From the NCBI RefSeq assembly GCF_006345805.1, contig NC_043012.1:9176001-9240000 (forward strand): 64,000 nt of DNA, in the 5' to 3' direction. Both the position numbers and the translations under genes were made by a program. Origin of the DNA: Octopus sinensis. Taxonomy: Eukaryota. A model generated the notes under the pieces. The model had not been told where the DNA came from. It saw only the letters and a program-made list of their open reading frames with translations, and did no database searches. Every line of letters starts with the position of its first letter. The first letter of the stretch is position 1. Shown piece after piece: positions 39,926 through 54,177 of this stretch.

Positions 39926-40730
39926 AAGGTGGCAAGCTGGCAGAATCGCTAGCATGCCGGGCGAAATGCTTAGCGGTATTTCGTCTGCCGTTACGTTCTG
40001 AGTTCAAATACCGCCAAGGTTGACTTTGCCTTTCATCCTTTCGGGGTCGATAAATTAAGTACCAGTTACGCACTAGGGTCGATATAATCGATTTAATCCG
40101 TTTGTCTGTCCTTGTTTGTCCTCTCTATGTTTAGCCCCTTGTGGGTAGTAAAGAAATCGGTATTTCGTCTGCCGTTACGTTCTGAGTTCAAATTCCGTCG
40201 AGGTCGACTTTGCCTTTCATCCTTTCGGGGTCGATAAATTAAGTACCAGTTACGCACTGGGGTCGATATAATCGACTTAATCCGTTTGTCTGTCCTTGTT
40301 TGTGATCTCTGTGTTTAGCCCCTTGTGGGTAGTAAAGAAATAGGTATTTCGTCTGTCTTTACGTTCTGAGTTCAAATGTCACCGATGTCGACTTTGCCTT
40401 TCATCCTTTCGGGGTCGATAAATTAACTACCAGTCAAGTGCTGGGGTCGATGTAATCGACTCATCCCAACCCCCCACAAAATTTCAGGTATTGTGCCTAT
40501 AGTAGAAAGGATTATTATTATCAGGCTGACGGACAGTAGAATTGTGAGAGCGCCGGACAAAATTCTTTGCGACGTTTGTGCAGGTATTTTATGTTCTGAG
40601 TTCAAATCCTGCTGAAGGCAATTTTGCTTTATATCCTTACACAGTCGCCATAAATAAAATACCAGGACTATGGTCAATGCTATCGGTTAACTCCTTCACT
40701 CAAAATTGCAGGCCTTGCAAATAAATTTGA
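39926..40730 (+). mobile_element. Family C SINE tandem array (184-bp period) plus older copies
   Basis: GGTATTTCGTC restarts at 39975, 40159 and 40343. Confidence 0.9.
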
Positions 40731-40866
40731 AGCTACTACTACTACTCTACTACTACTACTACTACTACTACTCCAACACTACTACTGCTGCAACAACAAC
40801 AACTAGTATTACTACCCCTGCTGCTACTGCTGTTACTGCTGCTGCTCCTACTACCACTTGTACTAC

Positions 40867-40900
<34 letters not shown>

Positions 40901-40917
40901 ACTGCTGTTACTGCTGT

Positions 40918-40950
<33 letters not shown>

Positions 40951-40990
40951 TACTAGTGCTCTGCTGCGGATACTGCTGTTACTGCTGCTG

Positions 40991-41029
<39 letters not shown>

Positions 41030-41944
41030 ATTCTATTTTGGAGCTAGGCAATGTTGCCATGAAATACGATGTATGTAGAATTGAGCTGGATTAGGAATCC
41101 TTCTGGCTGACTGGGTACTTTATGATACACGACAAATACAATGTTTTTGTTACAGTCAATGCTTTAGAGGGAATTTTTGTGGTAGAGAAGATATTGTTTC
41201 TGGAGCAATCATCGTAAAACATACATGTTTACCAATTTCTTTGTTTATCCTCCATGTCATCTGAACTATCATGACTCTGAAGTACCAATTAGTTTCCCCT
41301 GTTTACTTAACCAGTCGGTATCGAACCGAGTTTGGGATCGATAATTGATTTAAGTGCTGCAGAATGAACGGTTACCATTTTAATATCGGTTAAATAAATT
41401 TGATTAATATTTCCAGAATTAATTGACAGAACGAAACCATCTGCTCATAGCATATTGGAAGGAATCACATAAAAATATTGATAACAACAACAACAACAAC
41501 AGCTACAAAACCAACAATAATAATTATTATTATTGGAACGAAATTCTTCGCCGAGAGTCTAGATTTGGAAACTCTTCAAATTGAGATTTAATTTAGAAGC
41601 GAGAAAGAAAAGATCCCTTTCGGTTCATTACTAATGCATTTTAAAGTATTATCCAACAGCAACAGCTAACTTTTAAATACGCTTTTAAGCTCCTTTAACA
41701 TGGTTTTTATAGCTTTTAAAGACGGAGCGTTGCGCTTAAATATTTTAACGACATATTTATTTGCTTAGAAGTATAGAAAAAGGAGTAAAAATAACATTAT
41801 AAAATCATTATAATTAAATGACGGAAACGAGTTTGTGTCCTCACTGCATGTAGTCAAAAGCAAGCGAGTAAGGTTTAGTCGAATAAAGCCATCTTAAGTC
41901 ATCTAAACCCGAAGATCTGGGTTCATTTTAGGTTGAAGCTAACT

Positions 41945-41984
<40 letters not shown>

Positions 41985-42130
41985 AATATCTATATGCATA
42001 TATTTTATTTATATTTTATTTATTACACTATTGTATGACTGAGTGCCCTCGCGTCGATTCGATTCGATTCGTTGAGTTTCGTTTCGTTTCTTCTTCTTCT
42101 CTAAGCTGGTTTATATATATATATATATAC

Positions 42131-42546
42131 ATTTCTTTACTACCCACAAGGGGCTAAACACAGAGGGGACAAACAAGGACAGACAAAAGGATTAAGTCGG
42201 TTACATCGACCCCAGTGCGTAATTGGTACTTAATTTATCGACCCCGAAAGGTTGAAAGGCACAGTCGACCTCGGCGGAATTTGAACTCAGAACGTAGCGG
42301 CAGACGGAATACCTATTTCTTTACTACCCACAAGGGGCTAAACACAGAGAGGACAAACAAAGACAGACAAACGGATTAAGTCGATTATATCGACCCCAGT
42401 GCGTAACTGGTACTTATTTAATCGACCCCGAAAGTATGAAAGGCAAATTCGACCTCGGCGGAATTTGAACTCGGAACGTAACGGCAGACGAAATACCGCT
42501 AAGCATCTCGCCCGGCGCGCTAAAGTTTCTGCCAGCTCGCCGCCTT
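42131..42546 (-). mobile_element. Family C SINE dimer
   Basis: Head plus two bodies; junction AAGAAATA|GGTATT at about 42312. Confidence 0.9.
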
Positions 42547-43489
42547 TCATGAAAATATATATTTAAGGTAATTAAAGGCACGGTTAATAACAAGTTGTTA
42601 AAGAAGATATTATTAAATTGCAGTAAATCCAGGTGAAAACAGCTTGCATGTAAATACATAATCGGTTGAAATGATCTTTTTGAGGAAAATATTGATCATA
42701 TTAAAATAAGAAAATATGAAATTCACATCGAGTTCATAATTAAATTTGATTAAATTATGAACTAAAATGTGAAATTTCTGTTTTTTGCTTTTAATTCTAA
42801 AACTACACATACACACACATACACAAGCGCGTATACACAAACACACAGTCACTCATGCGCATATGCATATGCATATACTTATATAAGACAAAATGTGATA
42901 AACTCAAGCTTATATCATTTGGGAATGTAATGCAAGAAAGTGTTCCCCTGATAATCCGTTGTGGTTAAGCATCCAATTGCATTCGGAACATCCAGTGTAG
43001 AGGTTGGAGCAACTATAACGGCGAAACGGACGTAAGGAACTAATATTGATAAACATGTGTTTATCATAATTTCTCATACATTTTCTGTGTATATCATAAC
43101 TAGTAGTACATTAAGGTAGTAACGAAACCACTATACTAGAAGTAGAGTATCTGATGATAATTTACGTGGAGTTCTAATCGAATAGTACAGCATTATATAT
43201 CCATTACTGCCGATCTTACCAATCTGTTTTGCACTAGTGATTCAAAAGATGTTAGGTAACAGTCCGATTATGTAACACTGCGCTCTGCAGAGTTGGTAGT
43301 TATGGAAGAAAATATGGTGACTGCTCTCTATTGTTGGAGCTGAAAAGACACATACCATTTTTCCTTCGGAAGCAAACAGCCTCTGTGGTGTTGTAAGCCT
43401 AAAAAAGTTTTCTGAAAACATGTGTGTGGTGTAGGGGTTGGAGCGTTTTAGGGATGGAATGTGTACACACACACACACATATGCATATT

Positions 43490-43520
<31 letters not shown>

Positions 43521-43527
43521 AATATAT

Positions 43528-43559
<32 letters not shown>

Positions 43560-44359
43560 CAATATGTTACATTACTCGGTAGTCAAGATATATATATATA
43601 TATATATCTATACAATATGTTACATTACTCGGTAGTCAAGATATATATATATATATATATATTAATAAATAAAACATATGCATATATATATAAACATATA
43701 TGTACGTACCTACCTCTACATGTACATATACACGCATATATGAGTACAGGACACCAAAAAGTCGTCGAACACAATGAGAAACGAAAACATAGACACAAAC
43801 CCAAGGAACTGGACATTTTTTAAAAACAACAAAAAATAGAGTACAGGACAATTAACACAAAGAAAAAACCCTTCTTCAGTCGCTATGGTTTCATCTACTC
43901 TACGTTTCGAAGGTATATGCAGAGAGAGAAAGAAAGAGGGGCGGGAGAGGGGAGAGAGAAGGTGTAGACATATATAACAAATACATAATAGCGTACATAC
44001 TTTATTTTAAAAAATCGTGAATGAGAAAATGAAATGACACGTGTTAATCATGGCTGGAAGTGTAGGCATAAAACTCTGCTAAGTCGGAACAATGCTGTTC
44101 TTGGATTGGTTATTTATTCAATTATCTATATTCTTTGATTCCTCTATTCCTCATTTCTGTAATATATATTTATAATCTCGAGGTAAGTAATTGGGAATTG
44201 TATGACTTTTTAATATATCCGTTATTTTTATATTTTCGAAGAAAAAAAGATTGTTTAGGGTTAGTTGTGTCATACGTAGTTCTGGGAGATCTATTCTCCC
44301 TTTTTCTCCTTCTCTCTATGAGCTGTGGGGAGGGGTGGAATACATTGTATTCTTCGACT

Positions 44360-44832
44360 TGAGTGGTAAGGAGAGTAAAAAGAACTGCTCTCTCAAGAAC
44401 GGGTGGTGAAGAGGGTGGAACTGTTGTATGAAGATAGTGTGAATAAAGGATGGTGCGATGGATAGAAAAAAATGTTCTTCGAGGATATTGTGTATAATGG
44501 GTATTGGAGAATGGAAGTGTTCTTTGGGGTTGTATGAATAGTGAACAATGGGTGGGGGTGGATAGAAGGAAATGTTCTTTTGGGATAATATAAATAACGG
44601 GTAGAGGGGTAGGTAGAAAGAGCTGTTCTCTCAGGACAGTAAAAATACGGGTGGTAGGATGAGTAGAGTAATGTTTTTTAGTGGTAATAGAGAGTATAAC
44701 AGGTATTAGGGGAGGGTAGTTATTCTATAGGGATGGTGTGAATAACGGGTATTAGGGAGGGGCAACTGTTGTATGGGGAGGCTGTGAGTAACGGGTAGTA
44801 GGGAAAAGTGACTGTTGTATAGGGATGATGTA
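44360..44832. repeat. Degenerate ~42-bp purine-rich minisatellite
   Basis: Recurrent aataacgggta...ctgttgtat.ggga units. Confidence 0.6.
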
Positions 44833-45022
44833 ACTATCGTGTGGTGGTGAGGGTTGTTACTAAACTCAATGATATTTCTCGCGAAGATTATTGAAAAAGA
44901 TAAAAAATAGTAGAATTTTGCAATTTTAGGGAAACAAAGAAAAGGGATCCTTGAAATATGAAATAACAAATATACGTTTTTGCATACATATTGTCATACA
45001 TGTAAAGAAATACGTATATGCA

Positions 45023-45076
<54 letters not shown>

Positions 45077-45396
45077 CGTACACCCTTGCACAAACTAATA
45101 CATACACACAAAGAAACAGACAAATATAGATATTCAGAGAGACACATACCCGAACACAAAAACAAAAACAAGCACACACATATATAGATACTAATTAAAT
45201 TCACATAAACAGAATAAAACACAGGTACACACATGGAGAGAGTAACAATAGATGTGCAAATGAATATGCATGTATACAATCATACATAAACTCGTATGCA
45301 CGCAAATATTTATACAAAAAAGTATAAACGTAAACAAACTCGCACTCATATATTTATATTTATATATATACACACCTCTCTCTCTCTCTCTCTATA

Positions 45397-45447
<51 letters not shown>

Positions 45448-45635
45448 AATTAGTAAATAAATGGCACAACAAAGTACCGATATTTACTGGAAATAGCGAA
45501 CGTAAAATTACGACGCTAATGTGTAGCTTCACCGCGTATGTATTAGTAAAAATGCGTGTGTGCAACAAAATAGAGAAAAAAAACCGTCTTACCTCCAGGG
45601 AGAACATCTGAAAGATGAAACACCGGAAAATGGAT

Positions 45636-45713
45636 AATGTGGTACCTGCAGGTTTCAGGTTTTGCAAGATATGTCTCTCACCATATTTGCTTTACCTTCT
45701 TCAGCCAAACATA
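45636..45713 (-). ncRNA. Type I hammerhead ribozyme, fully paired
   Basis: ATGTTTGG-CTGAAGA-AGGT AAA GCAA ATATG(GTGAGAGA)CATAT C TTGC AAA ACCT-GAAA-CCTGCAGG-TA-CCACAT. Confidence 0.85.
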
Positions 45714-45760
45714 TACCAAGACGAAACTACGATGTTACCACATAAATACTAACATACGGC

Positions 45761-45849
<89 letters not shown>

Positions 45850-45850
45850 T

Positions 45851-46189
45851 GTGTGAAGGCGCACGGCTCAGTGGTTAGAGCGTCGAGCTTGCGACCGTGA
45901 GGTTGTGAGTTCGATTCCCGGACCGGGCTGCGTGTTGTGATCTTGAGCAAGACACTTTATTTCACGTTGCTCCAGTTCACTCAGCTGTAGGAATGAGTTG
46001 CAATGTGACTGGTGCAGAGCTGTATCGGCCCCTTTGCCTTTCCCTTGGATAACATCGGGTATGGACAGGAGGGGCTGGTATGCATGGGTGACTGCTGGCC
46101 TTCTATAAACAACCTTGCTCGACTTGTACGTCGGAGGGTAACTTTCTAGGTACAATCCCATGGTCATTTATGACCGAAGTGGTCGCCCC
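45851..46189 (+). mobile_element. tRNA-derived CORE-type SINE (family D)
   Basis: A box CGGCTCAGTGG, B box GAGTTCGATTCC, then CORE-like GTGATCTTGAGCAAGACACTTTA...CACTCAGCTGTAGGAATG. Confidence 0.8.
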
Positions 46190-46237
46190 ATATATAGAAG
46201 TATATACATATAAATACATATATATGAATCTCTCTCT

Positions 46238-46325
<88 letters not shown>

Positions 46326-46533
46326 TATATATATATATATATATAATTGACATAGGATACAATTTTTTTCGGGAAAAAATTTTTATCAATGGCCAGCATA
46401 TCAAAAAATGCCTTTAAAGGTAAAATTTATACATAAGTTACAAGATAAGGGCAGAAGAAAAATTCTAATGCCAGATACGCCGAAACAAAAAAATTGTCGA
46501 TAACCATTAAATTTAAACTTATGTATATATATT

Positions 46534-46602
<69 letters not shown>

Positions 46603-47463
46603 TATACAGACACTTACACATACATAAATTGAAGAACTTTAGAATGCATAAAGAGAGAGTTAAGCATATTTTATCTTTAATAAAATGTAATGACGACGAG
46701 GAAGAAATGAATAAAAAAATATATAAATAGATAAACAACGAAAGAAAAAAAATCTCATCAGAATAATAGATATTTAAATAATGGATTTGGAAGAAAGTTT
46801 TATGTGTAATTTATCCAATAAACAACGCTGACAATGGTGGTTCTACCGTGTAGAAGAAGGAGAAGCAGTGACATTAAATTTATGATTATGAACATCTATC
46901 ATCTTATTTATGCATGGACTAATTCGATTTCTGTGAACATTTAATTTACTTTCGATTGTCGGCTGGGTTACAAGAGAAGGAAATTATTGCAATGATAAGT
47001 GAGTAAATATTGATTGCTTATACTAGCAGCGCTAGAAAATGGGAGGAAAGGGATTGCAGTATTTCTTTACCAATTCCTAATTAAAATGTTCTGGTGTCAC
47101 ATCCAGACGCTATCGATTTTGCTTTTCATCTTTAGAATATTCTTGAAATATACGGCATTAATCGGTAAAATTTTTTTTCCATTGCAAAGCTATGCCAAAT
47201 ATCCACTTAAATCTTATTATGAGGTGGAATTGTGAAATGGCGAAATAGTGGAATTGTTTGCGCGTTGGGAGAAAAATGCTTAGCAGTATTTCATATAGTC
47301 TTACATTCTACGTTCAAATAGCGCTGAGGGCAGCTTTTCCTTTCATTCTTTTCGGGGTCGATAAAAGCAGTACTGGGCTCCATGTAATTGACTAGTTCCA
47401 ACCTACCCCACCCGATTCTAAGTCTTATGCTAATAGTAGGAGTGGCTGTGTGGCAAGTAGCAA

Positions 47464-47857
47464 GGCGCAGGAGTGGCTGTGTGATAAGTAGCTTGCTTAC
47501 CAACCAAATGGTTCTGGGTTCAGTCCCACTGCGTGGCACCTTCGACAAGTGTCTTCTACTATAGCCTCGGGCCGACCAAAGCCTTGTGCGTAGATTTGGT
47601 AGACGGAAACTGAAAGAGGCCCGTCGTATATATGTATGTGTGTGTATATGTTTGTGTGTCTGCATTTGTCCCCCAAACATCGCTTGACAACCGATGGTAG
47701 TGTGTTCACACTCCCGTAACCTAACGGTTCGACAAAAGAGACCGATAGGATAAGTAATAGGCTTCCAAAGAATAAGTCCTGGGTCAATTTTCTCGACTAA
47801 AGGCGGTGCTCCAGCATGGTCGCAGTCAAATGACTGAAACAAGTAAAAGAGAAATAA
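47464..47857 (+). mobile_element. SINE family A, full length, with a short head duplication at 47438-47460, between old family C copies
   Basis: Sequence match; aggagtggctgtgtg is repeated. Confidence 0.9.
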
Positions 47858-48522
47858 AAGCGTAGAAAGTATTATTTATTAGAGTCGCAAACGGTGGCAA
47901 GATGGCGAAATCATTGGGGAGTTGGAATACAAATTCTTTTGTGGTATTTGTTCAAACTCCGGATACTCTAAGTTCAAATCCTGCGGAGGTCGATTTTTTC
48001 CGATACCCCTCATCTCTCTAGAGTTGATAAAATAAGGTTGTAATCAATCAAGTAGCGGGGTCGAAACAAACGGCTAAACTGTGTCCCCTCAAAATTGCTG
48101 GCGTTCTACCAAACTTAGAAACAGTCATTTGAAGTTGTAGAAACAGCGAAGTATTGAGTAACGCGAACCCTTTCTTCGTCATCCCATTCATCTAAGGATG
48201 AAATAAAAGAAGCTAAGTTATCGACTGTTATCATTGTTTACTCCAGGTCAGCCACGATAAAGCTTGTGACCGTTCTGTATTTCATTCCGGAGATGTATCC
48301 AAACTACGTTATTTAACGTTGCATTTTAAAGATTAATTCGGCTCATTTTGCTCAGTAAAGCAAGCACGCATATCGAGAATGCAATTTGTTAAACGAAAAT
48401 ATATTCGCCATGCTGGACCACTGAAATCTACAAATCTTTTTCATCCTCTCTCTTATTCCTTTCTGTTGTTCACACACCTGTTTTCGTCTTATGTTTTCTA
48501 TAAATTTCAAATATATATATAT

Positions 48523-48920
48523 AGGCGCAGGAGTGGCTGTGTGGTAAGTAGCTTGCTTACCAACCACATGGTTCCGGGTTCAGTCCCACTGTGTGGCACC
48601 TTGGGCAAGTGTCTTCTACTGTAGCCTCAGGCTGACCAAAGCCTTGTGATTGGATTTGGTAGACGGAAACTGAAAGAAGCTCGTCGTATATATGTATATA
48701 TATGTGTGTTTGTGTGTCTGTGCCTGTCCCCTGAGCATTGCTTGACAACCGATGCTGGTGTGTTTATGTCCCCGTTACTTAGCGGTTCGGCAAAAAGAGA
48801 CCGATAGAATAAGTACTGGGCTTACAAAGAATAAGTCCCGGGGTCGAGTTGCTCGATTAAAGGCGGTGCTCCAGCATGGCCGTAGTCAAATGACTGAAAC
48901 AAGTAAAAGAGTAAAAGAGT
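48523..48920 (+). mobile_element. SINE family A, full length
   Basis: Sequence match. Confidence 0.92.
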
Positions 48921-49528
48921 ATATACACATACACGAATGAGTGGACAAACAAAAGAAAAGGGCTCTCAGCACATTTATTAGGCGTTACAAGTATTATTCG
49001 AAACAGTTTGATTCCGTGCTATTTAAAGTTTCACTGGCCCCTAACGGAACCTGTCTCCTCATGCTGGTGGAATAGACGAATGAATGAAGAGGCCCAGGAA
49101 GTCCAAGGCAACTGAACAAACGAAAGAAAAATACTAATGGCAAGTAGACATCCTAAGAGGTGCACATAGAAAAAAATGTGGGTGGGGCACACTTTAAAGA
49201 CATGTTAAAGTAATTTCTCTATTTTTGGAGAGATATTTCATACTGATATAAGACACCTTGTCTCCTGGTAAATCTTGATAAAAAAATATACGGTTGGTGA
49301 TCACCTTGAATTCTATGTCTATGTGGAGTGGCATATCTCAGAATAACATCACTTCACTATACTTTGAGATCTATTGTGGTGTATTTATGGCACATATTTT
49401 CTGCTGGTCATACCTGTGCTTGTATAGATTCTTGGTGAAAAACGTGCAGCGAAGACATTATTAATTATTTCTTCGTAATATTTTCTTCTCCTTTCACTTC
49501 TTCATCGTCGCCATCGTTGACCTTCTCC

Positions 49529-49600
<72 letters not shown>

Positions 49601-49628
49601 TATAATAATAATAGTAATGATAATAATA

Positions 49629-49706
<78 letters not shown>

Positions 49707-49738
49707 TAATAATAATAATAATAATAATAATGATAATA

Positions 49739-49774
<36 letters not shown>

Positions 49775-49782
49775 GTAATGAT

Positions 49783-49831
<49 letters not shown>

Positions 49832-49866
49832 GTAATGATTATAATAATAATAATAATGGTAATGAT

Positions 49867-49898
<32 letters not shown>

Positions 49899-49950
49899 GA
49901 AGAAGAATGATAATAATAATATTTATGATTATAGTAATTATTATTACTAT
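49529..49950. repeat. Long (AAT)n microsatellite
   Basis: Direct reading. Confidence 0.95.
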
Positions 49951-50385
49951 CATTTCGTTTGTACAAGGTTTCTTGGTAATGTTTTTTCTTGTTATCAATC
50001 AGTAAAGTTTTGAGATATTTATGTCCGATTCCCTTTCTCCATACCTGGCAATTTGGGATATAATTGAAATAGGGATTCCTTATCTTTGACATGAATTATT
50101 TCCAATAAAGCAATAATTTCCATCCTTCTTTTCTTTTTTATTTACTTCAAAACCATTTGTCCTACACATTTAGCATATTTATTAATTCATTGATAAGAAT
50201 TTGTCATTTATATCATTCAGATATTTTCTACGACAAAGTTCTCTTAAGCCACGACGCTTTTTTACGTTGCTTTAATTCCAAATTTATATGCATCAATGGA
50301 AGGCAACATCGATATATTGCAGTTTTGTTTAATACAGAAATAATTGGATTGGGCTTCGCTCCTGTGATCTAAAAGGATTATCCTC

Positions 50386-50965
50386 GCTATCAGTTAAAAG
50401 TGGGAAGCAAACTATCAGTTAAAACTATAATCTACACTACTAGTTAAAAGTATAACCACACTATTATACAATAAATGTATGGTCCACACTATCAGTTAAA
50501 ATCATAATCCACACCATCAGTTAAAAATATAACACACATTATCAGTTGAACGCTTAGTCAGCATTATCAGTTGAAAGTATAACCCACACTATCATTTAAA
50601 ACTATAATCAACAGTATTAGTTAAAAGTATAAACCACACTAAAGTTAAAAGTATAATTCACACTATCAACTTACTCTATAATCTACCCTATCAGTTAAAA
50701 CTATAATCCACTCTATCTGTTGAAACTATGACCCACACTATCATTTAAATGCATAGTATACACTATCAGTTAAATGTATAATATACACTACCAGTTAAAA
50801 GTATACCCAAAATATTAATTAAAATTATAATCAACACTATCAGTTAGCTGTATAATCCACACTATTAGTTTATAAATCCACACTATCGATTAAAAGTATA
50901 AATCCACACTATCAGCTAACAGTATAATCTCTATCAGTCATAACTCTAACTTGCACTGTTAGTCA
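50386..50965. repeat. Diverged ~25-bp tandem minisatellite (over 20 units)
   Basis: Consensus about ATCAGTTAAAAGTATAATCCACACT. Confidence 0.9.
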
Positions 50966-52759
50966 AAACAACATTATTACTTAAGACAGTTGAACCTTGT
51001 TGATAGCCATATGTTATTGTCAGAGCGAATAGTAAATAGGTTGGACGTGGATTTAGATTTTTTTAAGCCAAAGAAAATTTACATAAGGTCGTATTGCTAT
51101 GTGTATGTATTTATGGTGTGGTTAGTTGCAGTGAGAGGACTAGATAAAGGCACAGAAGCTGGCGGGATTTCTTCAATTCAATGGATATTTGACGTAGATG
51201 CATCTCTTGTCGTAAGATTCCTTCCAGATTTTGTTTGAAATGAAATATCACTGCACTATTTTGACGCAAGAGTTTGACTAAAATGTTTTTAAGGAGCATC
51301 CATCCCCATACGGCAGTACTCATTTATCACTGTTCTTAGATCTACTTTAAGAATTATATTAAGCGTTTTGTATCAATGCATATTAATTCTTGTTTATTCT
51401 AAGATTTTATTAATATAGATCCCGATCAGTTTCCTCAAACTCCAGGTCTTGCCGTATTTGGGCTCTGTCTCCTAAAGTTCATTTGAGATACGTTATTTTA
51501 GCTTCCGAGTTCAGTCCCCATCGGGACACCATAAACTGCCTCTAATGCCTCCATTCAGTGAATGAAACGATTCAACAAAATAATCCAAGCGCTCAGAAAT
51601 ATTTTACAGAATATTCGTTATATTTGGTAACAGCAATATAAGTTCAGGAATTCAGGTTACAGCTGAAGAAACTTTCTGACATTATATAAGTTAAATAATC
51701 GAGTAGAGATTATTTTTGGCTTAAAAAAATCTCGTCGATTTTGTGTTGAAATCCTATGTAAGACATCTGTTGTCAATAGCAAATGGCAAACCATCTGGGA
51801 ATGTTTAATGTGATTAAAAAAACATTTACTGTGGCAGATATATTTGTTTACTTGTCTCTTTAAGCGTTGCTTCTTATACCATCACCTTCTCGTCTGTCCA
51901 TTTATTTACATAACATTCAATGTTAGTATTATAACGGGATCTAAGTTGACAACTGAAATAAGTTATAACTAATCACATATTTTACACACAAACTACAACA
52001 CGAATATTCTAATTCTTAGATGTCTTGCAAACAACTTGCACATGCAAGTGCTACCAGTTAAAAGCTCCGTATATCGGAAGCTAGCAAGTGTATGGGGTCA
52101 TCAGGAGAGAATGCGCGCCGTTTCGGGGCCTACCTCTCGACGGCATCAATGCGCACCGGCCCCCCTCACTGATATGAGGCCTCGCTTGCTAGATCAGCTG
52201 GTTATGAAGATCTCAATATACTTCTAGCCATCGCTCATCGTCTCTTTTTAACCAAATCCAGTGGCTAGCCTTCTCCACTGTATATTGGATATCAGTCATG
52301 GTGGTATTGACTTTACGATGAGTTAGGCCTAGCGATAACAACTTCGTAATTAATTTATCAAAAGTGTGTAAATATAGGTGGGCGTTAGTTGTACATCATA
52401 ATAGACTACACATATAAATCAGTTTAATTGACCAACTAAATTTTCTTCAGTCACCCAACGCCAATTGTTATTGAATTTATAACTGTAACGGAGAAGCATT
52501 TCTGAAAGTAGCGTGGGAGGAATTCCAACCACGTTTTGTGGTTCTCTGCCTCAAAAGCTCATTTATTGTTTTAATATTATCATGTATCATTCTAGCAAAT
52601 TTATTAGGCTATTCAGTCATTGTACTTCTGCTTGTTAACTTCGTAATCAAACCCTCTTTCGAAAAAATCTTGGAGGCATTACCAGCAACAAGGAATGCAT
52701 GGGTGTATATCTTGTAAGCCAGAGGGCAACAACAGCATTGACAGAGAGAGTAGCCTGTC

Positions 52760-53430
52760 TAGCCTAGAAGGATATGCATTCGCTATCCAGGAATAGGAGA
52801 GAGTTATTAAATGCCTGGTAAACAAACGAGACAAAGATAGCACTAACCTTCCACGTTGTGGTAGAAAATTCGGCTATGCTATACAAGTGTGGAAGATATC
52901 ACTCACATCATCAGCAACTGCCCCAAAATGTCTACGAGATACTACCTGCCTCTAAGGCATGATATAGTTGCAAAGACTATTTACAATGCAGGAAGGACTG
53001 CTCTGATGTCCTTGCAGGTGGACTATTTCTATAAAAACAGCAATTCGGTGCAAACGTTAACAGATCTGATACCGTTTTGTACAAGAGTCATGCACTGTAG
53101 GAACATGTGTCATGCACTGTAGGAACATGAATCAGGCACCGTTGTACATGCCAGCTGGCCAGCGGTTGAAAATTTGGAAAAGAGAACATTTATGGTGAAT
53201 TAATGCGGAACTTACAGCTGTTGTACGTAACTACAGATTTTCATTTATGTCTATCATCATAGCCACATTAGGCTATTTACCTACAGATTTACAAACAAAA
53301 TTTAGAAGTACTGGGTTTTTCGAAGAAAGAGCAAGAGAAATTGAGGCGCATTTTCCAAATCCAGTATATTAGCGTTACAGTGAATGTTCGCGAGACATTC
53401 CAAAGATTCTTCATCTGGGATTCTGTAAAT
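52760..53430 (+). mobile_element. R4/Dong-like C-terminal zinc-knuckle/REL endonuclease relic
   Basis: LEGYAFAIQE...EDITHIISNCPKMSTRYYLPLRHDIVAK...YGELMRNLQLLY. Confidence 0.75.
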
Positions 53431-53601
53431 GAATAGCTACATATACTTGGCCGCATGAATCGACAGTTCAACCTACACACCTAGTCAACCGTATATTTAC
53501 AAACATCAAGAGTTCTCTTGACTTAAACAATTTTGTTGCTTTGTAAGCGCTCGGCTCAAGCTCTTAGAAAGAACTTAGAATAAACTCAAAGAAAACACAC
53601 A

Positions 53602-53637
<36 letters not shown>

Positions 53638-53727
53638 CACGCATAGATATACACGCACAGACACACATACACTCACGCACGCACACACACAAACACACAC
53701 ATGGAGTGAATGGTAATTTACATGAAC

Positions 53728-54177
53728 AGAAGGCAGCGAGCTGGCAGCAACGTTAGCACACCGGGTGAAATGCTTTGTGGTATTTCGTCCGCTGCTGCGT
53801 TCTGAGTTCAAATTCCGCCGAGGTCGACTTTGCCTTTCATCCTTTCGGTGTCGATTAAATAACTACCAGTTACGCACTGGGGTCGATATAATCGACTTAG
53901 TCCGTTTGTTTGTCCTTGTTTGTACCTTCTATGTTTAGCCCCTTGTGGGCAGTAAAGAAATAGGTATTTCGTCTGTGGGTCAGTAAAGAAATAGGTATTT
54001 CGTTTGCCGCTACGTTCTGAGTTCAAATTCCGCCGAGGTCGACTTTGCCTTCCATCCTTTCGAGGACGATTAAATAAGTACCAGTTACGCACTGTGGTTG
54101 ATATAATCGACTTAATCCGTTTGTCTGTCCTTGTTTGTCCTCTCTGTGTTTAGCTCTTTGTGGGTAGCAAAGAAATA
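53728..54177 (+). mobile_element. Family C SINE dimer bounded by one 16-bp TSD
   Basis: GGTAATTTACATGAAC at 53712-53727 and 54178-54193. Confidence 0.92.

Noticed and set aside
43219-43411. Minus-strand exon candidates with good AG/GT signals
   Set aside because: The longer versions have stops in all frames, and the 56-nt version has no recognisable homology or partner exons.
50386-50965. Regular ~25-bp repeats resembling a CRISPR array
   Set aside because: Units are contiguous and degenerate with no unique spacers, no cas genes, and a eukaryotic context.
50990-51323. Overlapping short ORFs on both strands
   Set aside because: Neither has a recognisable motif; cannot be distinguished from chance without expression data.
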